A stretch of 64,000 nucleotides of DNA from Glaucostegus cemiculus. Taxonomy: Eukaryota. The stretch is from NCBI GenBank assembly GCA_976551045.1, contig CDPCPM010000049.1:7812001-7876000 (forward strand). The letters are read 5' to 3'. A program made the position numbers and the translations under genes. The notes under the pieces are model-generated. The model was not told the DNA's origin. It saw only the letters and a program-made list of their open reading frames with translations, and did no database searches. This document shows positions 39,716-51,963 of the stretch, piece after piece (position 1 is the stretch's first letter; every line of letters begins with the position of its first letter).

Positions 39716-42229
39716 AATTTTATCCCAGTTTACACAGGCTGGGTCTTTAAAGTAGGTTTTACATACAACAGAATAAAAAGATATAATGGGGTGTCTTGCT
39801 TGCATTCAAACATCTGTCAGGCTAGGCTAGTCCAAAGGATGCCAATTCATGGGAAGTACTTCGAAGCACTAAGGTCCAAGTGCAATGCATTTTGCTGACT
39901 GGCAGACTAGTTTCAAATCTGCCTGGTGTGTATCCTGATTACCAAATTCCATGATCAATAGTGACAGTTAAAAATTATAGTTCTTGCCCTTGGGGTCTAT
40001 AATAATGTTAACTTCAGCTCCTCCTTCTATAATATACCTTAAATGCCTTTGCTATTTTTTCATTTTCTAAAGTTATGTGTATTAAGTGCATACAATTGAT
40101 ATAGTAAAACCTTTTAATTGGAATTTCTGTCGCCAAGAATTAACTTTCTTTGTTTGGCCATATTACCGCAACATGAAAATGTAGGAGTCCACGTGTTCCT
40201 CTTTAGACTCTCCCCATAAATAAACATTTCCTTATGGATCCCCCAGTGATCATTCCTGAATGGGTCACAATAGTGGGATGGGTGAGGTGGGGGAGGGGGA
40301 GTGGTGGGAATGATAGTGGATGGGATCCTGTGTCTTAGTGTGCTCAGAATCAGGAGGAGAGTGTTCTCCAAGCTTCTCACTCCTGACCACCATCCAATAA
40401 CCCGCAAATGTGAGCATGTGTCATTATGGAAGAGGGGCATGTCATGGTCTGTGATGCCACCCTTGTAATCAAACTGTCTGTTACCAAAGGCTAAAACAGA
40501 AAGGGGCAAAGTCCTAAGAAAGGGGAAGATGAGGGAATGAAACTTCTACAAAAAGGAGCCCTTTCAGAAAATTCTAGAAAACCAGTTGTTTCAATATGGT
40601 GTGTAATTCAGCAACACCTTGGTACTGGTATATGCCTAACTAAGTAGAAAGACATGTAATTGCTCCTTCTTTAATCATGTGTTGTTTCTGGTGTCAGTGT
40701 TTGGAAGTGAGCCAAATGTCAAGCAGGTAATTGCCTGTAAGGGCTGAAAGAAGGGCACAAACATCAATGACCAATTTATTGTGTGTCCTAGCCAGTGGCT
40801 CATGAGCTGTCTGAACGGATGTCACAGTGTAGAACTCACTCATTTGTTCAGTCACAGAAAAGCGCTTGATGCCAAACAGAGAAGGCAAGATTAGCTTTGC
40901 TGCATGCTGCACTGATTAGACATCCTGGAACATTCTGTCGTTATGCACATATGTATGTAGTTGTTCTGTTAAAAACAATATTCAAAAATAATTCTTGCTC
41001 TTTGCACTAAATGGTGAATTTAAAATCTTATCCCTGAATCATGTGTAAAATTAAAAGGACAGTCTTCATAAAAGGGGTGGTTTTGCAAACCTTTTTTCCC
41101 AAACAAGTTATATAACACGTGTCGACATGGACCATTCATTCCTACTAGTTTGTGCTGCTGTTTATGTGTTACATGGGTCAGAAATGGGGCAGTGACAAGG
41201 TGCTGTGTAATTTTATTTATGAAGTAGAGCATGTGTGACACGGTGATTCAATTGTGCAGTTCACCCTGCGGTATATTTGTGAACTGAAGAAAAGGTTTGC
41301 CAAACACTCACTCATAAAGATGGTGACTCATGTAAGGCAGGTGAAAAGTCAATGAAAAGAGACTTTAGTACCTGCTTTGATGCTTGAAAATTACTTTCCC
41401 AACATTCTCAGGGAAGACAGCTGGTGGGCGGAGCTTCTGAGGGACAGGGCAGGTAGACGGATTGCGTCAGGACACCACTCCACTGAGTGCTTTCCCCTCA
41501 TTTTAATCCCAGCTCAAGTTCTCACTGTAACTTTTTATCTGAGGTAAGATTTTCAAGGACTTTATCCTTGCACCTCCTTCCTCCTGTACTCAAACAAACA
41601 TCCCCTCCTTCCCACTCCCTTTTGCACCTTCACATTGATGATATTTTCTGCACAATCAAGACAAAAATTCACAATCACATTTCAGCCTTTGGTTCACCTT
41701 CCTCCAACTTTTGAAGCATTTCACCTTAAACTTTAAGTGCAGCCAGAATGTGCATCAATGAGTACACCAGTGCTTGGGAGGATGAAATGAGGTATTAGCT
41801 GGGGAAAATAAAAAGCGCAGTTATATGATCTTTTAGATTGAATTAATGAATGATCGAACACTGCCTATAATGAGCTTTTGTTCAAAAAAAATGTGCAACT
41901 TTTAGGATGAGGAACTTACAACGGGGTTGGATCGCTCAGGAAATTTCAAAAATATTGAACAACTTAATATTTTTATAAATAATTAAATGAAAACATTAAA
42001 ATGTTTAAAGCATTAAGAAACAACTAAAAATAATTAAATACATTTAAATTAGCTTATGATCAGAAAAAGGGGGAATTACTTTGTACTTAAACTTCTGTCC
42101 ACAGCCTTTGCTTCCATTAATGGGCTCTCGGGACTTGTTCCATATTAACAATACAGGATCAGCGGTTGGATTTCACAGCCCAAGTGCTGGGAATTCCATG
42201 GAAGTCTGCACTGCCCCACAGGAGTCCAT

Positions 42230-42700
42230 GAGGGAAGAAAGTCTTATTGAGGTTGTAGGAGACCATATTTGGAATACTGTGCATGATTTTGGTCTGCACA
42301 CCAAAGGAAGAATGTACTGGTCTTAGAGTCTGTGCAGAGTAGATTCACAAGACTGATTCCTAGGATGAGGCTGTAGTCATTGAGGAATTTAGAAGACTGG
42401 GAGGTGATTTCATTAAGAATGGAAGATTGAAAAGGATTGACAATGTGCAGGCTGGGAGGTTGTTTCCTCATGGCAAGGAGTCTAGAAATAGGGGGAATAG
42501 TATCATTGTGAGGGATTGGCCATTTAGGCTGAGATGATAACAAATTTCTTTACAGAGCATGTTGTCAATCTGCTTTGTCTTGTGAGTACATTTAAAGCTG
42601 TGGCCAATAGATTTTTGGGCATTGAAGGGATCTGGTAATATGGTGATTGGCAATAAAGCAAACGTGAACCAGGATCAGCTATGATCTGACCGAATACCAA
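42230..42700 (+). mobile_element. CR1 LINE 3' fragment
   Basis: Remnants of RPYLEYCA, LESVQSRFTRLIPRM and ESRNRG plus a CR1 tail (GATCAGCTATGATCT). Confidence 0.85.
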
Positions 42701-42969
42701 TGAACAGGCCTTTTATTAAAAAAAAGTAAAGAACAGGGTTTAGTTCAAGGCTCTATGGCACACTCCTATTTTTAATGTTCTTGGCACAGTTGGCTTAGTA
42801 AAGTATTGCAAAGAGTTTCAAAGAATATTGTGAAAAGAAAACTGACACCATGCCCTATAAGGCTAAACTGACTGATGAGCAAGAACGTGTTCAAAGAGGG
42901 AGGACACAGAAGCAGAGAGGTTTAGAGAGGGGTTTCCAGAGCCTTGGTGTCAGTAGCATGGCTATCAAA

Positions 42970-43343
42970 GTGGCACAGTGGTGCAGCTGGTAGAGCCACT
43001 GCCCCGCAGCACCAGAGATCTGGGTTTGATTCTGAGCACGGATGCTGTTTGCATGGAGTTCTCTGTGACCTTCTCCCTGTGACAGCTGGGGTTTCCTCTG
43101 GGTGCTCTAGTTTCCTCCTGCACCCAGAAATATGCAGGTTGGTAGGATAATTGACCACTATAAATTGTCCCTAGTGTGTAGGTGAATTATAGAATATGGT
43201 GGGGGACAGGGCGGGGAGGGAGTTGATGGGAATGTGGGGAGAATAAAAAATGGAATTAGTGTAAATGGGTGATTGATGATCGATGTGGACAGTGAGCTGA
43301 AGGGCCTGTTTCTATGCTGTATCTCTGTGATTCTATTATTCTA
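42970..43343 (+). mobile_element. Near full-length tRNA-derived HE1/V-SINE-like element
   Basis: Head GTGGCACAGTGGTGCAGCTGGTAGAGC (A box), GGTTTGATTC (B box), V-domain GGGTTTCCTCTGGGTGCTCTAGTTTCCTCC, CR1-derived tail GCTGAAGGGCCTGTTTCTATGCTGTATCTCT. Confidence 0.88.
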
Positions 43344-44327
43344 GTGATGCTTGGTTAAGCTCTGGGATGTGAAAGGGACAAAATTGGATGAACACTGATA
43401 ACTCAGAGGAGGTAATTAGGTTTGAGGCCATGAAGGGATTTTGAAATATGGATGAGAATTTTAAAAACAAGCCCTGGGCCAAAAGAGGTCACCAGGCATG
43501 ATGGGAAAGGATGAAGGGGTCTTGGTACTGGTCACACTGCAGCCAACAGAGGCTGTGAGAGAGCAGGTTTAGGAAGGGTTGAAGATGGATGACAGACAGG
43601 AGATACTCGAATTGTCAAGATATCAAGCAGCTTGTAAACTTGCAGAGTGAACTTCTGTGTAACAAGCCTCAGGTAGAATATTATGGAAAAAAAAAGTCAC
43701 TAATGTACATCTTGAAATAGAGAAGCAGAGGATCCAGAGGTACAGATATACAATCATTAAAACTAGCCTCCCCTTTACTAAAGCCATCTTTCATAACCCA
43801 GGCAGAATGAAAAGAGAGCTTGTTCATTGATCAGCTCTTTCACTTTCTGTATCCAGCCTCTTCATCTCCCCCAATGAATTCCTGTAGCCTATAAAACCTT
43901 GCTTGGTCATTACTTTTCTGTGAACTATTCTGTGTGTTCTTCTCCCCCTTCTTTATCACTGTTTATGAGCCCCTACTTTAAATTATACCTGTTAGGACTT
44001 TGGAATTACAGAACTTCCACCATCTTTGGGAAAAGGCTAATGATGGTCAAAGGGGAAAACATAAGGAATAAGAGCAGGAGTCGACCTTTTGGCCTCTATG
44101 CCTGCACTACCATTCAATCAAATCGGGCTGGCCTTTTACCTTAGCTCCACTTTCCTGTACTACACCCATTTCCCTTTACTCTTAATGTCTAAAAAAGATG
44201 GTTTGAGTGTGTGTGTGCATGTATGTTGTGTGTGTGCATGTGTATGTCTGGAGGCAGGGGTTGGGGCTGTTTTAAAGAAAAATTAGATTTAGTAAAGAGA
44301 GAGCAAACTGAATTACATTGAAAAGCC

Positions 44328-44361
44328 GGGGGGGGGGGGGGGGGGCAGGGGGGGAGGGAGG
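44328..44361 (+). repeat. Poly-G tract (G18 plus further G runs)
   Basis: 18 consecutive G at 44328-44345 followed by CAGGGGGGGAGGGAGG. Confidence 0.85.
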
Positions 44362-45239
44362 CATGAGTGATTGCTGAGAAATATTAGATTTTAAATTCAT
44401 TAACAAGAACAATATCTTTCATTTATATACAGCTTCCATAATACAGAAACACATCTCAGGAAATGCAATCAGAAATAAATGATACTGATCTGAACAAGAT
44501 AGTGCTAAGAGGAGGGACCAAAAGCTTTGCAAGAGTCGAGATGTGTAGAGCTCTCCCCAGGGAATCCCAGAACACAGCTCTGTTACTGTCAACCATGGCA
44601 ACCAAAAAGAGGGGCAAAATGAGGAGGGAGGTGATTGGTGCAGGCTAAGATAACGGACTTTTGAATGAGCTAAGGTTGGCAGAAGGTGAAGGAGACAAAG
44701 TCATGATTGAAGAACTTTGCATGTAACTCCAAATTTGATTATTTTTGAATCTCCACGGCATTTTCCCCTTTTTTGCCACTAATTTCTCATTGACCTCCAA
44801 ACTTCTTAGTGCCACAGACCATTCCTCAGTACTGCCAGAATTCCCCGTCATCCCATTGTACAGATCCATTTGTTAACTTCAGTATCTTCCACTGAAATTT
44901 TGTATCCTCTTTTCTTTCTCTACTCAGTGCATCTGCCCTACCAGCTTTTAAGAAAAATCCCATGTAACCCTGACTTTGTCCTTGGTTGCTCATATATTAT
45001 TTATCATAAATTAATCAATATCTGTCAGCATGTGAGTAACTTCATCAAATTTCCATAGTTTGCATCCCAACTCGAGGGAATTTGTTTCCAAGGCTTTTTA
45101 TGCCTTGCGGTTTGTTGGGTTATATTGATGGTACTTTTGGAAGGTATTTTCAGTCACAGTGGTGCTCAGCTTAGTGTTCATTGGAAATTCCTCCAATCGA
45201 TTAGCATGTTACACAGTTATACAGAATACGGAGTTATGT

Positions 45240-45420
45240 GGCCTATTAGCTATATCAAGTTCAAGTTTGATGTCAGTCAGTGCTGAGTCAGTTAATCACA
45301 AGTAGGGACACTGTAATTGTCTTGCATGCATTTGGCTAAAGAATGGAAATAAAACACGCCTGATCACTGTCTAGTGAACTATCAGCTGGAAAACATGGAC
45401 ATGGAAACATATCAGGTATC
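45240..45420 (+). mobile_element. Possible ancient SINE remnant (AmnSINE2-like)
   Basis: GTGCTGAGTCAGTTAATCACA...GTAGGGACACTGTAATTG...CCTGATCACTGTCTAGTGA...GCTGGAAA resembles the recalled AmnSINE2 core; not searched. Confidence 0.35.
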
Positions 45421-45499
45421 ACAGTGATGACCTAGAATATCCTGCCAAAAGAATGAAGTACTGGAAGGCTGAACAAAGGACAAAGGCTGGATATTCTGA

Positions 45500-45810
45500 G
45501 ACAATTGATTCACCTCCTGACACATTAAAATCGTTTCACCATCCACAAAGCCCAAGTCAGGAATGTGTTGGAATACTCTCCACATGCACAGATGAGTGCG
45601 GCTCCAACATCAGGAAGCTGAACACCATCCAGGACAAAGCACCCCAGTTAATGGCACCCCATTAAGTACTCACTCACTCTCCCATGGTGCACTGAGATTC
45701 TACTTTGTACTTTCTACAAGATGCATGTAGTACCTTGCCAAGGCTTTTTCAACCCAAACCCATAACCTCCCCTGCTTAGACTTTAACAGCAGGTGCTAGG
45801 GAACATCTTA
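45500..45810 (+). mobile_element. CR1-group LINE RT C-terminal fragment (a different family from the other CR1 copies)
   Basis: Translation HKAQVRNVLEYSPHAQMSAAPT / RKLNTIQDKAPQLM; related minus-strand pieces at ~11090-11200 and ~31745-32030. Confidence 0.65.
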
Positions 45811-46701
45811 TTCCTTCATTGTTACTTTGTTTAAAACTCTTGAAAGTGTTTGTCTAACTGTACAATGAAGTTATATTGACTTATAAGGAAGTTGTTCATC
45901 CCAGGGGTAACTAAAATGGACCATAAACACTCAACAGTAGTTTGCACCTTTAGGAGAGGGAGAAAGATGAAAATAGGAGCAGCAGTGTTAATACTGCTTT
46001 TCAAAGGTGGCTTTTTAAAGGAGTATGATCTCCACCACAAAGTCTCTGCTAAAGCTTTTTCAATTTTTTTACAGGCACATGAAGCAACGACATAAATCTC
46101 ATTACTGCATCACTTGTGCACGATACCATCATGGCAAATTCTCATAAAAGTTTTCTCCTATATTTTTTTTTTGGCTCAGGAACTCTTCTATCAGGTAGAT
46201 AAGAACTATGACTAGTAAAGACTTACCTGAATTGTGTCCCCAAGTCCATTACAATCTTTTAAAATATCAATTGCAGAAATGAATGGGTAGCTAATGCATG
46301 TATGTGTGAAAACAGAACCAATCCCACTGTTATCCGTGAATGGGTAAAGGGAAATGATAAAGAGATTGGTTTAGATCACAGCCTGCTATCCATCCTATGA
46401 CTTGGAAGATCAGTGTTTTCCAGCCTCTTGAAAATGTAAACATTTGAACAGTTAATGGTGAAGTAAGAAGAAATAGGAATCAGTCTGGGCTGGTTTGCAA
46501 CAACCAATAAGTATTTACTATTCATAATACTTACCTCTGGAGTTCCTTCTCAGTGATTCTTGATCAATATTAATGATGTTCCTCATAAAGCCTATTGTAA
46601 AAAAAAGTCAGATTTGAAAAGTTTACAGACAAGAATAAAAGATTGACAAATGGCTTCAAAAAGTGTGCAGGAGTCTGACTGCTTGGTATCCTCAAACACA
46701 G

Positions 46702-46909
46702 GTGTGATGAATATGTGACGCAACTGGATGACATGCAGCGGCAGCTGGCAGCGGCCGAGGATGAGAAGAAGACGCTGAACTCCCTGCTGCGTATGGCGAT
46801 CCAGCAGAAGCTGGCCCTTACACAGCGGCTCGAGGACCTGGAGTTCGATCACGAGCAGTCTCGGCGCAGCAAGAGCAAGCTGGGGAAAAGCAAAGTTGGC
46901 AGTCCAAAA
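46702..46909 (+). CDS. BICD1: BICD1 coding exon (probable exon 7 equivalent), phase-2 start; donor after SPK at 46909, or read-through to stop at 46996
   Basis: Acceptor ...aaacacAG|GTGTGATGAATAT completes the R codon; encodes [69 protein letters not shown]; consensus donor AAA|GTAAGT at 46910. Confidence 0.92.
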
Positions 46910-48739
46910 GTAAGTGTGGAAGCAGAGGCAGGCAGCATACCTTTCCCAGCTGCCATTGACATTCTGACTCTGATTAACCAAGGGTCAGAGCAGTAAGCAT
47001 GTGTCAGGCAGTCAACAGTGGTGCTTTAAGGATGGGACCATGCAGTGGCATTGGTAGGACAATAAGCCAGTGTAAAGGAGAGTTGGTTACATGCGACAAA
47101 GAGGAAATCTGCAGTATCATTCCTTGTTAAGAGGGAATAATTGTTCCTATTTTTAATTTTTCATAACCTGATATTTGTGCTTTTGTTTTATATTGATACA
47201 TGATTTTAATGGAATGGATGAGAGCTTTCGGGAGAGTGGCCTGAGAACTATAATTTTGCCTAACCCTGATAGCCCTTGCAGTTTTCAAATGTTTGTATTA
47301 TACACTGGCAGAGAGCAACTATGCCCATCTCTGGAGACCCCTACTCTTTGAAACTAATTTCACCCAAAGCTTTGCTCTTGCATGCACAACTCAGATGGAC
47401 ATGCTTTGTGATAGCTAACAGAAAGCATTAATGGCAGATGCCTGCTGAGTTTAACAAGGCCCCACTTCTGACCCTTTCCTGCTTTAAGAGTGAGGAAGTG
47501 GATAGCAAACTCAAGGGGATCTGTTGACATCTGAGTCAAAATACCACTAACTTTTATCTATATTATTGCTTTCTATCCAGCCATGCCCCTTTGAAACCTA
47601 CTTGTTCGTGATTAATCCAATTAATTGAGGAAAAAAATTTGGTCTAGGCTGTAGATTTCTATTTGGCAATTGTGTCTCATGATGTATGAAAAGTAGTCCT
47701 GGTTAAGATTACAATTAATGTTAGCCATTCTGAACAGATAAAATGTGCAGTTTTAGAGACAGAGTCTGGAGAACAAACTTGCCCTGGTTTGAAAAATATA
47801 ATCTTTAAGTATTAAAAAATCTTTTAGGAGCCATTAAGCTGTAAAGACTGATTTATTAAGTGTAGTTGTAAGTTGAGGTGTAATACTATGAACTCCACTG
47901 GGGAGCTCTGAAAATAACAAAAATCATCAGTGGTCCCAGAGTGGGTTATCAATCTCTTATAAGCTAGCAAAGAAACTGTAGCCCTGGACATGGTACTTAG
48001 CACATTTGATTTTGTGTGAAACATTCCTTGTATGTAATCTTACATTTTAAGTTCATTTGTATTTGGAATCAGTCTTTTTTATACTCTTAACTTTGTTCTT
48101 GCTATCAACAAGATGATTAGTAGGAATATAAACATAATAGTAATTTTAGGTGGAGTTACATCAGGAAGTTAGAGGTATTCAAGATGAGGGTAATACAATA
48201 GCTAAGGTGAATTTTAATTTCCTGTATTGAACTAATATATAGTAATATTGGAAGGAATAGTACATGCAGTGCATTCAAGATAGTTTGCTAGATGGCCATG
48301 TACAGAAATCAACTAGGGGCAGCAGTCAGTCAGAATCAGTATTGTGTGCAATGAGTCAGGATTAATTAATTACTTTGCAGTAAAAGAGGGTCTGGAGTCA
48401 TGGACTCAGAATAAGGGATCAGCCATTTGCTCAAAGGATTATGAATCTTTAGAACCCTCTGCCTCAAGGACTATGGATTCTCAAAATGCAGAATATTCGG
48501 GACAAAGCCTGATTGATTTTGTATATGAAGAGAATCGAGGGATATGGAGATGGTACAGATGGAATTTCGAAAGTTAGCCATGATCTTCTTATAAGGCAGA
48601 GCAAGTTTGAGGCACTAAACAGCCTACATTGCAGTTAAATTCTGTAAATTAAATATTGTAAAAACAGCTGGAAAATTTTGTCTGATTTCTACTGCTGATA
48701 TTTTAAATTTATTCTTAAAAGAAGTATTTATTACTTTGC

Positions 48740-49400
48740 TAAGAACATAAGAATCAGGAACAAGAGTAGGCCATATATCAATGTGATCTGATTTTTGCCC
48801 GCAACTCCATTTTCTTACCTCATCTTCATAACCCTTGAATCCCCTGTAGTCCAAAAATTTTATTCAAAGATCAATCTCTTCCAAAGATCCACAGCCCTCT
48901 CACAAGAGAATTTCTCCTTATTTCGGTCTTGATCACTTCTCCTGAAATATCTCCCTTCTATAGTCTCCCACTGTGGAAAGCATCCTCATAGCATCTACCC
49001 TGGCAAGTTCGCTTAGAATTTTATATATTTTAATGAGGTAATTCTCATTCTGCAAACTTCCAATGAGTATTGGTCCATTCTGCCCATATCTTTCCTCATA
49101 TATCAATGCATTCATGCCAGGAATCAAGCTGGCGAACCTTTGTCACACTACCTTGAAAGCAGATATGTACTGCTTTAAGTAGGAGACCAAAACTGAAAGA
49201 TTTTAGCAAGACTTACTTTTGTATTCATTTCCCCTTCCTATTTATGTGTTCTACCTGTGATCTCTTTGAACACCGTCATTTAATAATGTCACACCCTTTA
49301 GGTAATACTTTTCTTCTCTATTCTTTCTGCCAATTTTCCTCATTAAGCTCCATTTTTTTGCCAATCACCTAATTTATCTATGTCCCCTTACAGCGTTTGC
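48740..49400 (-). mobile_element. CR1 LINE 3' fragment
   Basis: Tail TAAGAACATAAGAATCAGGAACAAGAGTAGGCCAT; ORF 48933..49127(-) IPGMNALIYEER...LIKIYKILSELARVDA. Confidence 0.8.
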
Positions 49401-49619
49401 AACGTTCTAAGTTATAGCATCCAAAAGAATCCTCCCTAGCTGTCCTTTTAGTATGCTCACAAAGAGCAGACACTAGAGGGCACTTGAAGCACTTTAATGC
49501 CATCCTGAATGTTGCTCTAAAGGCTGTGCAATACTTCATTTCCTTCGTTTCACTGGTCAGTGAATCTTTTTTTTCAAATCTTCATTCAAACACTTTTCTA
49601 AAATTAACTCTTTCACAAA

Positions 49620-50632
49620 CTAGAACATAGAATATGGAACATTACAGCACAGTACAAGCCCTTTGGCCCACAATGTTGTGCCAACTTTTTATCCTACTCT
49701 AAGATCTATCTAACTCTTTCCTCCCACATAGCCCCCCATTTTTCTATCATTCATGTGGCTACCTAAGAGTATCTGAAATGTCCCTAATGTATCTGCCTCC
49801 ACTACCTCCGCCAGCAGTGCGTTCCACACACCCATCACTCTCTGTGTGTAAAAGAAATACCTACCACTGACATCTCCCCACTCCTTCCTCCAGTCACCTT
49901 AAAATTATGCTCCCTTGTGTTAGCGATTTTCACCCTGGGAAAAAGTCTCTCACTGTCCACTCAATCTATGCCTCTTAGCTTGTACGCCCCTGTCAGGTCA
50001 CCTCTCATCCTCCCTTGCTCCAAAGAGAAAACCCAAGTTCGCTCAACCTATCCTTATAAGACATGCTCTCCAATCCAGGCAGCATCATGGTAAATCTCCT
50101 CTGCACCCTCTCTAAAGCTTCCACATCCTTTCTACAACAACCTTCTTAACAACCCAATCAACCTGTGTGGCAACCTTGAGGGATCTATGGACGTGGACCC
50201 CAAGATCCCTCTGTTCCTCCACACTGCTAAGAGTCCAGACATTAACCTTGTATTCTGCCTTCGAATTCAATCTTCCAAACTTCACTACAGCAACCTTCTA
50301 CACTATCCACTACACCACCAACCTTCATATCATCTGAAAACTTACTAACCCACCGTTTCATATCCTCATCCAAGTCATTTATGAAAATCACAAAGAGCAG
50401 GGGTCCCAGACAGATCCCCATGGAACACCATTGGTCACTGACCTCTAGGTAGAATACGCCCCATCTACAACCACCCTCTGTAATCTATGAGCGAGCCAAT
50501 TTGGAATCCACACAGCCAATTTCCCTGGATCCCATGCCTCCTGACTTTCTGAATGAGCCTTCCATGAGGAACCTTATCAAATGCCTTACTGAAATCCATG
50601 TACACCACATCCACTGCTCTACCTTCAAATAT
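49620..50632 (-). mobile_element. Relatively young CR1 LINE, 5'-truncated with internal deletions
   Basis: ORF 50465..50665(-) EGRAVDVVYMDFSKAFDKVPHGRLIQKVRRHGIQG; KFSDDMKVGG at ~50315-50345; CR1 3' tail at 49620-49685. Confidence 0.92.
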
Positions 50633-50948
50633 CTTTAAAAAAAATTGTGACTGATTTAGTGCCATTTACTTCCAGGTGCTAAGATCACAGGTGAGAATTA
50701 GTCTGTTGGGAGCCCTGTCTTTGAGAAATAGTTCTTTTTAAAGCTATGTTTCAGAAACAAACCAGAGCAGCAGTCAGTGGGTCAGAATCACTGAATATTC
50801 CCATTTTTACCAACCTGGTAAATAGCCTTTCAAGAGACTTAGTATGTGACATTACTCATTTTATGATTGTGGATTACAATTCCATAATGCGTGGAATAAT
50901 AATTTCATGATTAACAAACTTGAATATGCACTAATTTAAATTAAAGTA

Positions 50949-51963
50949 TAGTTGAACCCCACGTTTTGTGGGGCACATGTTCCTGAAAACACTGTGTAAT
51001 TTGAAACTCTATAACTTGAAGCATTAATTCCATTGAAAATTAGGAGACAGGGACCTGGTATTAATGACTTTATGTCAAAATAAAAGCATAGAGACAAAAA
51101 ATTGGAATAAATAACATTAAAACCTTACTAACTACAACAATAACATTATAAATTAATGTCATCTGAAGAGGTAGGCTGCAGCTTGAAGAAGTCTGCATTC
51201 TTGATTGGTTTCTTGTGGAGTCCTTGTAACATGAAAGGGTTGATCTGTGCCCCTCTTAAAGTTGAGACTCCTTTCCATGATGGGGATCTGGTCCACAATA
51301 CTTCAAATTTTGAGTCTTGCAGAGGAATCCTGTAATGCCTATAGCAGTGACGGTTGACTTTGCAGACTGGATGCAGCAGGCTGCCCCTTTTCCTCATTTG
51401 GTGGGAATTGATCAGTTAGCCCACTTCTCCATCCTCAATGTCAAGTCCCTTTTCTCCCTGCTGTTTGGCTGGCATGACATGTGGATGGTGGGGAAGCTTC
51501 CGAAGTCATTGATCATTTCATTGTTCCAAAGATTAAGGAGTTCTGAGGAATTTTACTCACCAACAACACTTACAAACTCACGGGAGTTGTCATTTTTACA
51601 TGATCTCTAATTTTTGATCACTTTTTAATGCCACTTTTTTTTTAATGGTACATACAGTCAGATTTATGTAAATTGTATTGGTGAGAAATCAATTATACAC
51701 TATTGCATTGTAATTTATCAAGGATTTCTAATTTTTGGGTCAGGGTAATAGACTTCCATGTATTTTTGAGTGCAACATCACAAACCCTTCCAATGCCATT
51801 TTCACAAGCATGGAATCTGAAGGTGAAAGCTAACTGACTGGGATTCTGGCTGTACTGTGTAGAGCATAAACATGAAGCAGGAAATCACAGATTTTGAAAC
51901 ATTATATAGAATGTGTACATCTGAATTAGTGTTACTCAAAACCATGTAACTGGGGGTCCAGCT
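50949..51963 (-). mobile_element. Possible decayed Tigger/pogo-like DNA transposon
   Basis: Loose terminal inverted similarity (TAGTTGAACCCCACGTT vs AACTGGGGGTCCAGCT) near TA; minus-strand peptides PDPIMERSLNFKRG and ADFFK resemble pogo transposase C-termini. Confidence 0.45.

Noticed and set aside
42970-43045. tRNA gene
   Set aside because: The A and B boxes belong to a SINE head; no cloverleaf, and the sequence continues into SINE core and tail.
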